Source: Turneriella sp. (GTDB lineage: Bacteria; Spirochaetota; Leptospiria; Turneriellales; Turneriellaceae). From it: a DNA stretch of 64,000 nucleotides. The stretch lies in assembly GCA_046346875.1 (NCBI GenBank), contig JAXMHG010000006.1, forward strand, positions 54,478-118,477, given 5' to 3'. Below are positions 8,102 through 17,312 of the stretch, piece after piece. How positions within the stretch are numbered: the stretch's first letter is position 1; each line of letters starts with the position of its first letter. A program made the position numbers and the translations under genes. The notes beneath the pieces were generated by a model. The model was not told the origin of the DNA. It saw only the letters and a program-made list of their open reading frames with translations, and ran no database searches.

Positions 8102-8925
8102 ACCGCATGCCACCCGTTGCGGGCAGTATAGAGCTTACCGATGCCGAATTCGCGATCTTCCAGAAGCTGATCTACGACTGGGCCGGTATCCACATGCCCG
8201 ATTCAAAAAAAGCCCTGGTGTCGTCGCGTATTATGAAGCGCCTGCGGCACTACGGCCTGAACAGTTATACCGATTACCTGCGTATCGTGCGCAGTGAAGA
8301 TGATCGCGGCGAGCGGCAGATGATGATCAACCTGCTCACGACCAACGAGACCTATTTTTTCCGCGAGATACGCCACTTCGACTGGCTGCGCGAGCGTGTG
8401 ACGGCGCACGACCGCAGCGAACCCTTTCGCGTCTGGAGCGCCGCGTGCTCTTCAGGCCAGGAAGTCTACTCCATAGCCATGACCGTCGCCGATGTGCTGG
8501 GCGAGACGGGCTGGCAGGTGATTGGTACCGACATCAGCGAGCATATACTCTCGCAGGCGCTGGCTGCCACGTACCCGCTCGAAATGGCCGAAGAGATACC
8601 GCAGCACCTGCTGAAGAAATATTGCCTGAAAGGCGCAGGCAGCGAGCAGGGAAAATTCTGTATCGCCCCGGCGCTTCTGAAAAACATTCGTTTGCAGCGC
8701 ATGAACCTGCTTGAGCACAGGCCCGGCAGTTTTGGCTATTTCGATGTGATTTTCCTGCGCAACGTCATGATCTACTTCGACAGAGAAACACGCAAGAAGG
8801 TCTCCGAGGCGCTCGCGCAGAGCCTCAAACCTGGCGGGTTCCTGGTGATCGGCCATGCTGAAAGCCTGCACGGCATCAGTGATCACCTGAAGGCGGTCAA
8901 GCCGACAATCTATGCGCCGCAATAG
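8098..8925 (+). CDS. cheR: Chemotaxis methyltransferase CheR (pentapeptide-binding type)
   Basis: LTTNETYFFRE, VWSAACSSGQEVYS, FDVIFLRNVMIYFD; Gly-rich beta-subdomain insert YCLKGAGSEQGKF. Confidence 0.95.
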   Translation: MNRMPPVAGSIELTDAEFAIFQKLIYDWAGIHMPDSKKALVSSRIMKRLRHYGLNSYTDYLRIVRSEDDRGERQMMINLLTTNETYFFREIRHFDWLRERVTAHDRSEPFRVWSAACSSGQEVYSIAMTVADVLGETGWQVIGTDISEHILSQALAATYPLEMAEEIPQHLLKKYCLKGAGSEQGKFCIAPALLKNIRLQRMNLLEHRPGSFGYFDVIFLRNVMIYFDRETRKKVSEALAQSLKPGGFLVIGHAESLHGISDHLKAVKPTIYAPQ

Positions 8926-9451
8926 ATCGGAGTTTCACGCGTTACCCGAAGGCGGTCGCGAAATTTACCTGCAGCCGGGCGACTGGTTTTGGGGTGAGAA
9001 CCGTGTGCGTATAAAAACCCTGCTCGGCTCGTGTGTGGCGATCTGTGTCTGGCACCCACGCCTCAAAGTGGGAGGTATGTCGCATTGCCTGTTGCCATCA
9101 CGTGGCCTGCTGGTGCCGAAGGGGTATGAAGCAGACTACGTTGAAGACAGCGAACTCAGCGGTCGTTATGTCGATGAAGTCCTTGAGATTTTTTTCCGCG
9201 AGATGCTGCGTGCCGGCACGCGCCCGCAGGATTTCGTCGTGAAGGTTTTTGGCGGCGGCAAAATGTTCGAGTTCGTCGATAAGACCGGTATTACGGTCGG
9301 TGAACGCAACCTGCAGATGATGCGTGCAATTCTCGCGCGTGAAGGTATGGCAATTGCGGCGCAGCACGTGGGCGGAACCGGTCACCGCCATGTCATTTTC
9401 GAACTCTGGAACGGTGACTGCTGGGTACGCCACGAGGAGCTGCCGCAGTGA
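8912..9451 (+). CDS. cheD: Chemoreceptor glutamine deamidase CheD
   Basis: IKTLLGSCVAIC, GGMSHCLLP, VKVFGGGKMF, VGGTGHR. Confidence 0.93.
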   Translation: MRRNRSEFHALPEGGREIYLQPGDWFWGENRVRIKTLLGSCVAICVWHPRLKVGGMSHCLLPSRGLLVPKGYEADYVEDSELSGRYVDEVLEIFFREMLRAGTRPQDFVVKVFGGGKMFEFVDKTGITVGERNLQMMRAILAREGMAIAAQHVGGTGHRHVIFELWNGDCWVRHEELPQ

Positions 9452-10056
9452 TTCCCGAAGGCACAATGCAGCGCAACGAAGACCGGCTCGTCGTTATCGG
9501 CGCATCCGCGGGGGGGCCACAGGCGCTTGAAGTCATTCTGCGGCTGCTCGAGAGCGAATCTTTACCGGTGCTGATCGCGCAGCACATGCCAGAAAATTTC
9601 ACGCGCGCTTTTGCCCGCCGCATGGACGAGGTGGCGCGTGTGTCCGTCTGTGAGGCCGGGCACGGCATGGTGCTGCGCACGGGAGAGGTCTATATCGCCC
9701 CGGGCGGGCGGCATATGCGGGTCTGCCGCGAAGCGCACGAGCTCCGCATTTGCCTCGGCGACGATGCACCTGTGAACCGGCACAAACCTTCGGTAGACGT
9801 GTTATTCAACTCAGTGATTGAAGTGAAGCCCCGGGCGGCGCTTGCGGTATTGCTGACCGGCATGGGCAATGATGGTGCGCAGGGCTTAAAAGATCTGCGC
9901 GACAGTGGTTATCCGACACTGATTCAGGATGAGGCTACCTCGAGTGTCTGGGGTATGCCAGGCGCTGCCGCTAAACTCGGGGCAGCCCGCGCGGCAGACA
10001 TACGGCCGCTCGAGGCGATCGCCGCGGCAGTACGTCTTTTTGCGCTGCAAAAGTAA
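9448..10056 (+). CDS. cheB: CheB methylesterase catalytic domain only (no receiver domain)
   Basis: GASAGG, QHMP, HKPSVDVLF, LTGMGNDGA; 202 aa, no REC domain; GTGA overlap with cheD. Confidence 0.9.
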   Translation: MIPEGTMQRNEDRLVVIGASAGGPQALEVILRLLESESLPVLIAQHMPENFTRAFARRMDEVARVSVCEAGHGMVLRTGEVYIAPGGRHMRVCREAHELRICLGDDAPVNRHKPSVDVLFNSVIEVKPRAALAVLLTGMGNDGAQGLKDLRDSGYPTLIQDEATSSVWGMPGAAAKLGAARAADIRPLEAIAAAVRLFALQK

Positions 10057-10168
10057 AGGATTTGCCCAGCGTTTTTGGATTTACATTTTTATCGACCTCA
10101 AGTAGCGGGTCATACGTCTAATTAAGAGTAAAGGGAGCAACATAGTTCCCTGTTATAAAGGAGATAAA

Positions 10169-10783
10169 ATGAAGAAATCGACGTTCATTTACGCCGCGGC
10201 CCTGAGCGTGATGGCAGCGCTGCCGTCAGCGACAATGGCTTTAGGCTTTGAAGCAAAGGCAGGGGTATCATCTGTTCGGGCAGCAAACGACAAGGCAGCC
10301 GTTGACGCTGCATTGGCTCTCGATCTGCGTCTCGAGCGCTTTTTCGCTTTCGTTCCGGAACTCAATTACCAGTCAATTGGCTTTGATGTTGCGGGTGCTA
10401 CAGTCGCCGGCGCCGGTATCGGTGGTGCGGTCACAACTTCGCGCACGTATCACACTTTCATTCCAATGGCCAATATGCGCCTCTACATCCCGATGGGCGG
10501 TGAAGACGTGCCTGCAGTTCAGCCTTACGTAACAGCGGGTCTGGGTTATGGTTACTCAATATACAACCAAAAGAACCCTGATGCGAACGATAGCATGAGC
10601 GGTTTTATGTACCAGGGTATGCTGGGTCTGCAGTTCAACATGGGTATGCTGACCGAAGGTTCTGCTTCTTCTACCAACCTGGTGCTCGAAGCGGGTTACC
10701 GCGGCGGCCAGATGGAAAAGAGCGGAGTAAAATTTGACTGGAACGGCTATGTTATCCGTGCCGGTGTAAACTTCCAGTTCTAA
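10169..10783 (+). CDS. Outer membrane beta-barrel protein (about 8 strands)
   Basis: AGGAG RBS, signal peptide, alternating amphipathic strands, C-terminal Phe (VNFQF). Confidence 0.8.
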   Translation: MKKSTFIYAAALSVMAALPSATMALGFEAKAGVSSVRAANDKAAVDAALALDLRLERFFAFVPELNYQSIGFDVAGATVAGAGIGGAVTTSRTYHTFIPMANMRLYIPMGGEDVPAVQPYVTAGLGYGYSIYNQKNPDANDSMSGFMYQGMLGLQFNMGMLTEGSASSTNLVLEAGYRGGQMEKSGVKFDWNGYVIRAGVNFQF

Positions 10784-10800
10784 TTCCCGGCCGATAGCCA

Positions 10801-10829
10801 AAAAAAAACGGGCGCAAGCCCGTTTTTTT
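10801..10829. terminator. Rho-independent terminator (bidirectional type)
   Basis: A-tract + CGGGC-GCAA-GCCCG + T-tract. Confidence 0.9.
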
Positions 10830-10882
10830 ATGCCCTAATCCCACTTTACACCACGGCCATTGCAGTCTACCAGGGATAACCG

Positions 10883-13066
10883 ATGCTGCGTTTTATCCAC
10901 CTGCTGTTCCTATCGCTGATCTTCCTGTTCGACGCGGCTTGGGCTGACGAACAGCCGGCAATCGTTTACGGCGCCGACGAGGCCTTTCGGCCGTACGAGT
11001 GGTTCAGCGACGAGGGAAATCTCGAGGGTTTCCAGATTGAACTCATCAGGGCAATCGGTGAAGCGCAGGGGCGCCGTATCAGTTTTGTTACAGGGCCCTG
11101 GAGCAAGATTCGCCAATCGCTGCTCGACGGCAGTGTGCAGGTCGTGAGCATGTTCGACCAGCCGGTCCGGCGCATCTACGCCGACTTTAGCAAACCTCAC
11201 TCGGTACTGGCATCAGAAATTTTCGTGCGGATCGGCTCAAAGCCGATACTGTCGGTGCAGGAACTTGCGGGCAAAGAGGTTATCCAGCAAGAGGGAGCTT
11301 TGTCTGCTGAGTACCTGCGCACGCTGGGTATTCGTTACACATCGATCCAGGTCAAAGACCAGTTTGATGCCATGCGCCTGCTCGCTACTGGTAAACATGA
11401 CTGCGTGATCACGACACAGGTCGGCGGGCGTTATGCCCTGCAGAAACTCGGTATTCGCAATGTCATCACCACCGGTCAGCCGGTGCTGGCTTCAAACGTT
11501 GCCTTTGCTGTCCGCAAGGGTAACTCGAACCTGCTTGAATGGCTCAATTCGGGCCTTGATCGCGTTAAGGCCAACGGCACGTACGATGTACTCTACCAGA
11601 AATGGTTCGGTGAGTCTAACCGCTTCCGCATGAGTGACCTGCAGGCAATGCGTAACGTGTTCGTGGGGATCGGGCTGGCGATTGTGGTGCTGGTGGCGGT
11701 AATTGGTCTTTGGATCAAGATGTTGCGCCGGGCTGTCTCTACCAAGACGTTTGAGCTGCAGTACCTGGCCGACCACGACTCACTCACAGGACTCTATAAC
11801 CGGCATTATATCACCAACGCCATCCACTCGGCGATTGCAGACTTTCACCTGCATAGCGGGCAGCGCAACTTTGGCATCCTCTTCATCGACCTCGATCGCT
11901 TCAAGCTGGTGAATGACAGCCTCGGCCATCATGTCGGCGATCTGCTTATTAAGGCGGTCGGATTTGAATTACTCGCCTCGGTTGAAGATCGCTGCCGCGT
12001 CGCCCGCTGGGGCGGTGACGAGTTTATTGTACTCGTGAACCCTGTCGGCGACGGCGCTGCGCTGCAGCGTATCGCGATGCGCATTGCCGAAAAACTCCGA
12101 ACTCCCTACAATTTCAAGGGCAAAGATATCTTTATCGGTGCCAGTATTGGTGCCGTAATGTCTTCGCTGCGTTACCGAACAGCCGAAGAAATGCTGCGCG
12201 ACGCCGATAACGCGATGTATCGGGCTAAAAGCGACCGTCGGGTCTCGGTGCGGCTCTTTGAGCCGCAGATGCACGATGTCGCGGTTCGCAACCTGAAGCT
12301 GAGTTCCGATTTCCAAAAGGGTGTCGCACGCGGCGAACTCAGGAACCATTACCAGCCAATCTATTCGCTCGCCACCGGTAAGCTGAGCGGCTTTGAGGCT
12401 CTCGTGCGCTGGCAGCACCCCGAACTGGGGCTACTGAGCCCTGCGGTATTCCTGCCCATACTCGAGAAAACCGAGGCCATGCGGCAGCTCGGCGAATGGG
12501 TGCTGCAGAACGCCATCGAGACTGCCAAACGCTGGCACCACCATTATGCCGCGGACTTCTACATCAGCGTCAATATTTCGGACGAACAATTTGCTTTCGG
12601 AAATTTGTGTGACACGCTCTCGGGTATGCTCGAAAAATTCAGGCTGCCTCCCCGTTTTTTACGGCTGGAGATTACAGAAACAGTGCTTATGGCAGATGTC
12701 GTAGGCGGTATGTCGCAACTCGAAGAACTCAGGCAGATGCAGGTCAGGATCCTGATCGATGACTTCGGTACGGGGTTTTCTTCCCTCAGTCACCTCGCCT
12801 CGATACCCGCCGAAACCATCAAGATTGACCGTTCGTTTGTGCACGGGCTGGTGCATGGTAGCCGCAACTACGAGATTGTGCGCGCAATGCTGGCGCTGAC
12901 GCGCAACCTGCATCTCGAAGCCGTAGCAGAAGGCATTGAAACACGCCACGAAAGGGACCTTTTGGCCGAAATGGGCTGCGAATATGCCCAGGGATTCTTT
13001 TATTCTGAGCCGCTTATCGAAATGGCAGCCGAAGAGTTGCTAAAAAAAATTACTGTACAACCGTAG
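10883..13066 (+). CDS. Periplasmic amino-acid-binding (family 3 SBP) sensor fused to GGDEF-EAL
   Basis: N-terminal PBPb fold (GADEAFRPYE), TM helix, RWGGDEF, GFEALVRW, DDFGTGFSSL. Confidence 0.9.
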   Translation: MLRFIHLLFLSLIFLFDAAWADEQPAIVYGADEAFRPYEWFSDEGNLEGFQIELIRAIGEAQGRRISFVTGPWSKIRQSLLDGSVQVVSMFDQPVRRIYADFSKPHSVLASEIFVRIGSKPILSVQELAGKEVIQQEGALSAEYLRTLGIRYTSIQVKDQFDAMRLLATGKHDCVITTQVGGRYALQKLGIRNVITTGQPVLASNVAFAVRKGNSNLLEWLNSGLDRVKANGTYDVLYQKWFGESNRFRMSDLQAMRNVFVGIGLAIVVLVAVIGLWIKMLRRAVSTKTFELQYLADHDSLTGLYNRHYITNAIHSAIADFHLHSGQRNFGILFIDLDRFKLVNDSLGHHVGDLLIKAVGFELLASVEDRCRVARWGGDEFIVLVNPVGDGAALQRIAMRIAEKLRTPYNFKGKDIFIGASIGAVMSSLRYRTAEEMLRDADNAMYRAKSDRRVSVRLFEPQMHDVAVRNLKLSSDFQKGVARGELRNHYQPIYSLATGKLSGFEALVRWQHPELGLLSPAVFLPILEKTEAMRQLGEWVLQNAIETAKRWHHHYAADFYISVNISDEQFAFGNLCDTLSGMLEKFRLPPRFLRLEITETVLMADVVGGMSQLEELRQMQVRILIDDFGTGFSSLSHLASIPAETIKIDRSFVHGLVHGSRNYEIVRAMLALTRNLHLEAVAEGIETRHERDLLAEMGCEYAQGFFYSEPLIEMAAEELLKKITVQP

Positions 13067-13089
13067 TTTGAGCCCGAGTTGGTTAGGTT

Positions 13090-14091
13090 ATGCTTTCCAC
13101 CAGTTCTTTCGTGCGCGTATTTTTTGCTACGCTGCTGTTATTGACGCTGACGCCGCTGAGCGCCGAGATTACGCTGAAATACGCGACCCTCGCTCCCGAG
13201 AATACTATCTGGGCAAAAGTTATCAAGAAGTGCGTCGATGAAATTTCTGCGAAGACTAACGGCGAAGTAAAGGTTCGGGTATTTTATGGTGGTATCGCCG
13301 GTGACGAGCCCTCGGTGATGCGCAAGCTGAAGACGGGTACCATTGATATTGCATCTTTTACCGGGCAGACGCTCGGTACGGTCGTACCTGAATCCCGTTT
13401 GTTTGAACTGCCGTTTTTCTTCGATAATTTCCGTCAACTAGACGCTGTCGTTGCTGCAGTGTATCCCGATCTCTCCAAAAAGTTCCTGGCGCAGAACCTG
13501 GTACTGGCAGGCTGGGGTGAAAACGGTTTTGTTTACCTGATGAGCAAGCATAAGCCGATAGTGAAGGTCGCTGACATGCAGGGGGTAAAGATCTGGGCTC
13601 CCAAGGGAGATCGCCTCGTCCTGGCAATGCTTTCTGAATACGGCCTGGTTCCTGTGTTTCTCGGCTTCGAAGCGGTTTTGCCGCAACTCAAGACTGGTGG
13701 CATTGATGCGTTTTATGCTCCCCCGTATGGGGCCATTGGCCTGCAGTGGTTCCGCGAGGCAAAGTACCTCACCAATGCGCGCCTGGCGAATGCAGCGGGA
13801 GCCACCTTGTTGGCGAAGTCTGCTTACGACAAGCTGACAGACACGCAGAAGACTATCGTCCATACGACGCTCGAAAAATATGCGCGCGAACTGACGCTTG
13901 AGCTCCGCCGCGAAAACGAAAAGGCAATGCAGGTTTTGCTCGGCAAAGGAATCGAAAAGGTAGAACCCAATGCAGAAGAGCTGGCACAGCTGAAGCGCAC
14001 CGCGCTGCTCGTTCAGGATAAACTCGCAGGTGAGCTGTATTCTAAGGAACTTCTGCAAAAGGCACGTAAGGCAAGAGATTCCGTAAAATAG
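13090..14091 (+). CDS. dctP: TRAP transporter solute-binding protein DctP (TatP-like)
   Basis: LKYATLAPENT, GGIAGDE, ELPFFF, GWGENGFVYL. Confidence 0.85.
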   Translation: MLSTSSFVRVFFATLLLLTLTPLSAEITLKYATLAPENTIWAKVIKKCVDEISAKTNGEVKVRVFYGGIAGDEPSVMRKLKTGTIDIASFTGQTLGTVVPESRLFELPFFFDNFRQLDAVVAAVYPDLSKKFLAQNLVLAGWGENGFVYLMSKHKPIVKVADMQGVKIWAPKGDRLVLAMLSEYGLVPVFLGFEAVLPQLKTGGIDAFYAPPYGAIGLQWFREAKYLTNARLANAAGATLLAKSAYDKLTDTQKTIVHTTLEKYARELTLELRRENEKAMQVLLGKGIEKVEPNAEELAQLKRTALLVQDKLAGELYSKELLQKARKARDSVK

Positions 14092-14111
14092 TCTACAGGG
14101 AGGTACGGATC

Positions 14112-14633
14112 ATGGCAGCAAGAAAGCAGGCCGCAAAAAAGACAACCCGAACAGCCAAGGCCCGACCCAAAAAAAAAGGTAAGGTAAACAAGAGCACCGC
14201 AGCGAGAGGTGTCTCTGGCGTGGCCCGCCGCGCCGCGGAGCAGGTGCAACTGGCGGCCGAGCGCAGCGGCGGTGGAATACGGCACTACGCCTGGCGGCGT
14301 GACCACTACCAGACCCTGCAGGAATTCTGGCCCTTTTACCTGCACGAACACTCTTCTGCGAGAAACCGCATGCTGCATTTCGTCGGTTCGACGCTAGGAC
14401 TTGTGATTTTCGCAGTGGCTTTGGGATTAAGTAACTATGTCCTGGTTGTACCGGCACTGGTGAGTGGTTATGCCTTTGCCTGGTTCGGTCACTTTTTCAT
14501 CGAGAATAATCGACCTGCAACCTTTAAATATCCGCTGAAATCCTTTCTCTCTGACTGGCGTATGTGGTACACCATGCTTACCGGGCGAATCGCAGCTGAG
14601 CTGGGAAAATTCGGTATCGAGTCCCGCCCGTAA
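14112..14633 (+). CDS. DUF962 / Mpo1-like membrane protein with a Lys/Arg-rich N-terminal extension
   Basis: FWPFYLHEHS, LHFVGS, YAFAWFGHFFIENNRPATFKYP. Confidence 0.85.
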   Translation: MAARKQAAKKTTRTAKARPKKKGKVNKSTAARGVSGVARRAAEQVQLAAERSGGGIRHYAWRRDHYQTLQEFWPFYLHEHSSARNRMLHFVGSTLGLVIFAVALGLSNYVLVVPALVSGYAFAWFGHFFIENNRPATFKYPLKSFLSDWRMWYTMLTGRIAAELGKFGIESRP

Positions 14634-14699
14634 CGGCCAGCAGCGCACAATTGCTGCGCGCTATTCGTTGTGGCATGAGTTTTGCTGCAGCGGGGCAGG

Positions 14700-16502
14700 A
14701 TGCTCGAACTCAAGTACGGTAAACGGCGGGTTGTCAAGTATCGCGGGGCAAAAACCGTCATTGGTGGTCTGACACCCAAAGACAAGATTGATATTCTGAT
14801 GTATGTCAGCAAAGAGCTGTCTACTATCAATGATACCCAGCTTCTTTTTGATCGTGTGATCGAGCTCTGCTCGGAGATTTTTGAGGCTGATAACGTTACC
14901 GTACGCATAGAAGAAGCGGGTCGGCTCAACCCGGTTGCGTTCTTACGCCAAACGACCCCCGAGCGCAGGCCACTCGCAGTGGGCGAGGGTTTTTCCGGTT
15001 CGATTTTCACCAGCCAGCAGTCGCGGCTCATCTACGATCTTGCACAACACCCCGAATACCTCGACCCGGGTGAAGAAACATTGTGCGTCATCTGCGCCCC
15101 CATCAGTGTGCGTGAAGAAAAACTGGGCACCCTCGCAGTCGAGAAAAATACTTCGCACTTCTACAAGCGCGATGATCTCGAGATCCTCGAAGCCATGGCT
15201 GCCCAGATCGCGCTGGCAATACTCAACGCGCGACTGATAACAGGTATGCTAGACGCGCAGAAGGTGCAGAAGCGCATGAATTCGCAGTTGCAGTTCGACC
15301 TGCGCATCGGCCGTACTGTACAGTCGCAGATTATCCATTCGGATATACCGTCCTTCAGGGCAATCGACATTAAAGCCGCGTACGAGCCAATGGTCGAGGT
15401 CAGCGGCGACTATTTCGACTATTACCGCTCGCATGAGTCGCTGACCGTGATCATCGCCGATGTATCCGGGCATGGGGTACCAGCCGCGCTGATTACCATG
15501 GCGCTGCATTACCACTTCAGGTTGCTTAGCGCACAGGGGTTGAGCCTGCTCGAGCTGTTGTCACAGCTCAATGAGCATATGAAACCCATTCTGCCCTCGG
15601 GTATCTATTTTACCGCCCAGCTGCTGCGCATTCACAGCGACTACAGCTTCACCTTTGTAAACGCGGGACATCCCAAGATGCTGCATTTTTCTGCCATGAG
15701 CAGTGAACTGCTGGCGCAATACGACACACCGGGGTTTCCGCTGGGCATTGCGCCGTTTGATGTACGCGAATATGAAGAGGTGAGTGGAAAGCTGCGTCCG
15801 GGTGAAACGCTGGTGCTGCTGACCGACGGTTTCGCGGAGCAGCAAAATAGCAGCCACGAACAGCCGGGGGCGGAGAAAGTCGTATCCTGGCTGCGCGCTG
15901 CGCTGTCTGAACCTTCCCAGGCGATTGAAGCATTCATGCAGTCTTTCAAGCTCTACCGCGGGGACGAGCCAAACGGCGATGACCTCACTGTGCTCACCCT
16001 GCATTACAACCTGAGGCACCTCGAGGCCGAAACCATGGTATACCAGAGCCGCAGTCGCATGCGCTCCGCCGATTACGCCGGCGCACGGCAGCTGGCGCTT
16101 TCGGCGCTCGCCGTGCGACCACAGCACCAGGACGCCCTGATTATTGTGGGTAAACTGGCCCTGTTGCAGCGCGACTTCCGTACGGCGTCGCAATACCTGG
16201 CACAGGCCTGCGCGCTGGATGACCATGTCGATCCGCAAATTTTGCTGCTGGCGGGGCACGCCGCGTACAAGGCAGAAGATATTTCATCGGCAAAACGCTT
16301 TCTCAAGCTGCTCTTATCGGAAGAACCCCAGAACATTAAGGCTGCATTGCTGCTCATTCGCTGTTACGTGCGGGCCCGCGAACCGCACAAGGCTACGCGC
16401 ACACTCAATGCTGCGCTGAAGTTTGCACCGCAAAACGAAAAATTGCAGCAGGTGGCGGATTTTCTGCGAAAAAAAGACATGCCTGTTCCGGCCGCAGTGT
16501 AG
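14700..16502 (+). CDS. GAF - PP2C/SpoIIE - TPR phosphatase
   Basis: GAF (ICAPISVREEKLGTL), VSGDYFD, DVSGHGVPAAL, LTDGFAE, GDDLT, C-terminal TPR repeats; start at 14682 or 14700. Confidence 0.85.
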   Translation: MLELKYGKRRVVKYRGAKTVIGGLTPKDKIDILMYVSKELSTINDTQLLFDRVIELCSEIFEADNVTVRIEEAGRLNPVAFLRQTTPERRPLAVGEGFSGSIFTSQQSRLIYDLAQHPEYLDPGEETLCVICAPISVREEKLGTLAVEKNTSHFYKRDDLEILEAMAAQIALAILNARLITGMLDAQKVQKRMNSQLQFDLRIGRTVQSQIIHSDIPSFRAIDIKAAYEPMVEVSGDYFDYYRSHESLTVIIADVSGHGVPAALITMALHYHFRLLSAQGLSLLELLSQLNEHMKPILPSGIYFTAQLLRIHSDYSFTFVNAGHPKMLHFSAMSSELLAQYDTPGFPLGIAPFDVREYEEVSGKLRPGETLVLLTDGFAEQQNSSHEQPGAEKVVSWLRAALSEPSQAIEAFMQSFKLYRGDEPNGDDLTVLTLHYNLRHLEAETMVYQSRSRMRSADYAGARQLALSALAVRPQHQDALIIVGKLALLQRDFRTASQYLAQACALDDHVDPQILLLAGHAAYKAEDISSAKRFLKLLLSEEPQNIKAALLLIRCYVRAREPHKATRTLNAALKFAPQNEKLQQVADFLRKKDMPVPAAV

Positions 16503-16571
16503 CACCGCTCAGCACCTTCGGAAAAAACAAAAAAACGCTCGATCACTTCTGTGAGGGTTTATTATCGCCTT

Positions 16572-17312
16572 ATGGAAATAGCATACTACTTTAAGAACCT
16601 TCCGCCCACTGACGCCATCAAGCAGTATGCGTCAAAGAAGATCGATAAGCTGAAGGAGCGCCTGCACCACATCGAGGGCATCGATGTGCGCTTTTCTCTC
16701 GAACGCCAGAACCAGTTCTTTGAAATCACCGTTCACGGCGACGCAACCGTTTTCCACCTGAAAAAAAGCGACAAGGATCTCTATGCGGCTATTGATAACG
16801 CACTCGATGTCCTTAACAACCAGATTGACAAGTACCGGAAAAAACTGGAAGAGAAGACCGCGGTCGCGCGCGAGGTTTTTCTGCCCAAAACTGACGAGCG
16901 TGTAGTCTCTGAAGAAACTGAGATCGACGTGCGCGAAGCAGAGATCAAGCCAATGGATGATATCGAGGCGATCCTCCAGTTGCGCAGCAAGAAGTTCCGT
17001 TTTCTCATGTACCACCACGCGGATACAATCCGTTACGGCCTGGTCACAGCCCGCAATGACGGAAACTACAGCATTGTCATGCCGGCTGCCGACGGCTTTA
17101 CCGAGACGGTTGTCCGCCTGCAGGATAATAAGCTCGAGAAGCTGGCAGAGGCAGTATACCCCGTTTCGAAATTTACTGTCGCCGAAGCGCTTGATGTACT
17201 GAACGAAGCGAACCTCGAATTCCTTGCCTTCGTCAACGAAGAGACCGGCCGCCTGAACGTGATATTCCATGCAAATGGTGGCGGTATCATGATCAAGAGG
17301 CCTGCCGCCTGA
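16572..17312 (+). CDS. hpf: Ribosome hibernation factor (long HPF / RaiA) with two tandem S30AE C-terminal domains
   Basis: RaiA core (TDAIKQYA...DLYAAIDNALD) followed by KPMDDIEAILQL...RNDGNYSI and KFTVAEALDVL...FVNEETGRLNVIF. Confidence 0.88.
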   Translation: MEIAYYFKNLPPTDAIKQYASKKIDKLKERLHHIEGIDVRFSLERQNQFFEITVHGDATVFHLKKSDKDLYAAIDNALDVLNNQIDKYRKKLEEKTAVAREVFLPKTDERVVSEETEIDVREAEIKPMDDIEAILQLRSKKFRFLMYHHADTIRYGLVTARNDGNYSIVMPAADGFTETVVRLQDNKLEKLAEAVYPVSKFTVAEALDVLNEANLEFLAFVNEETGRLNVIFHANGGGIMIKRPAA

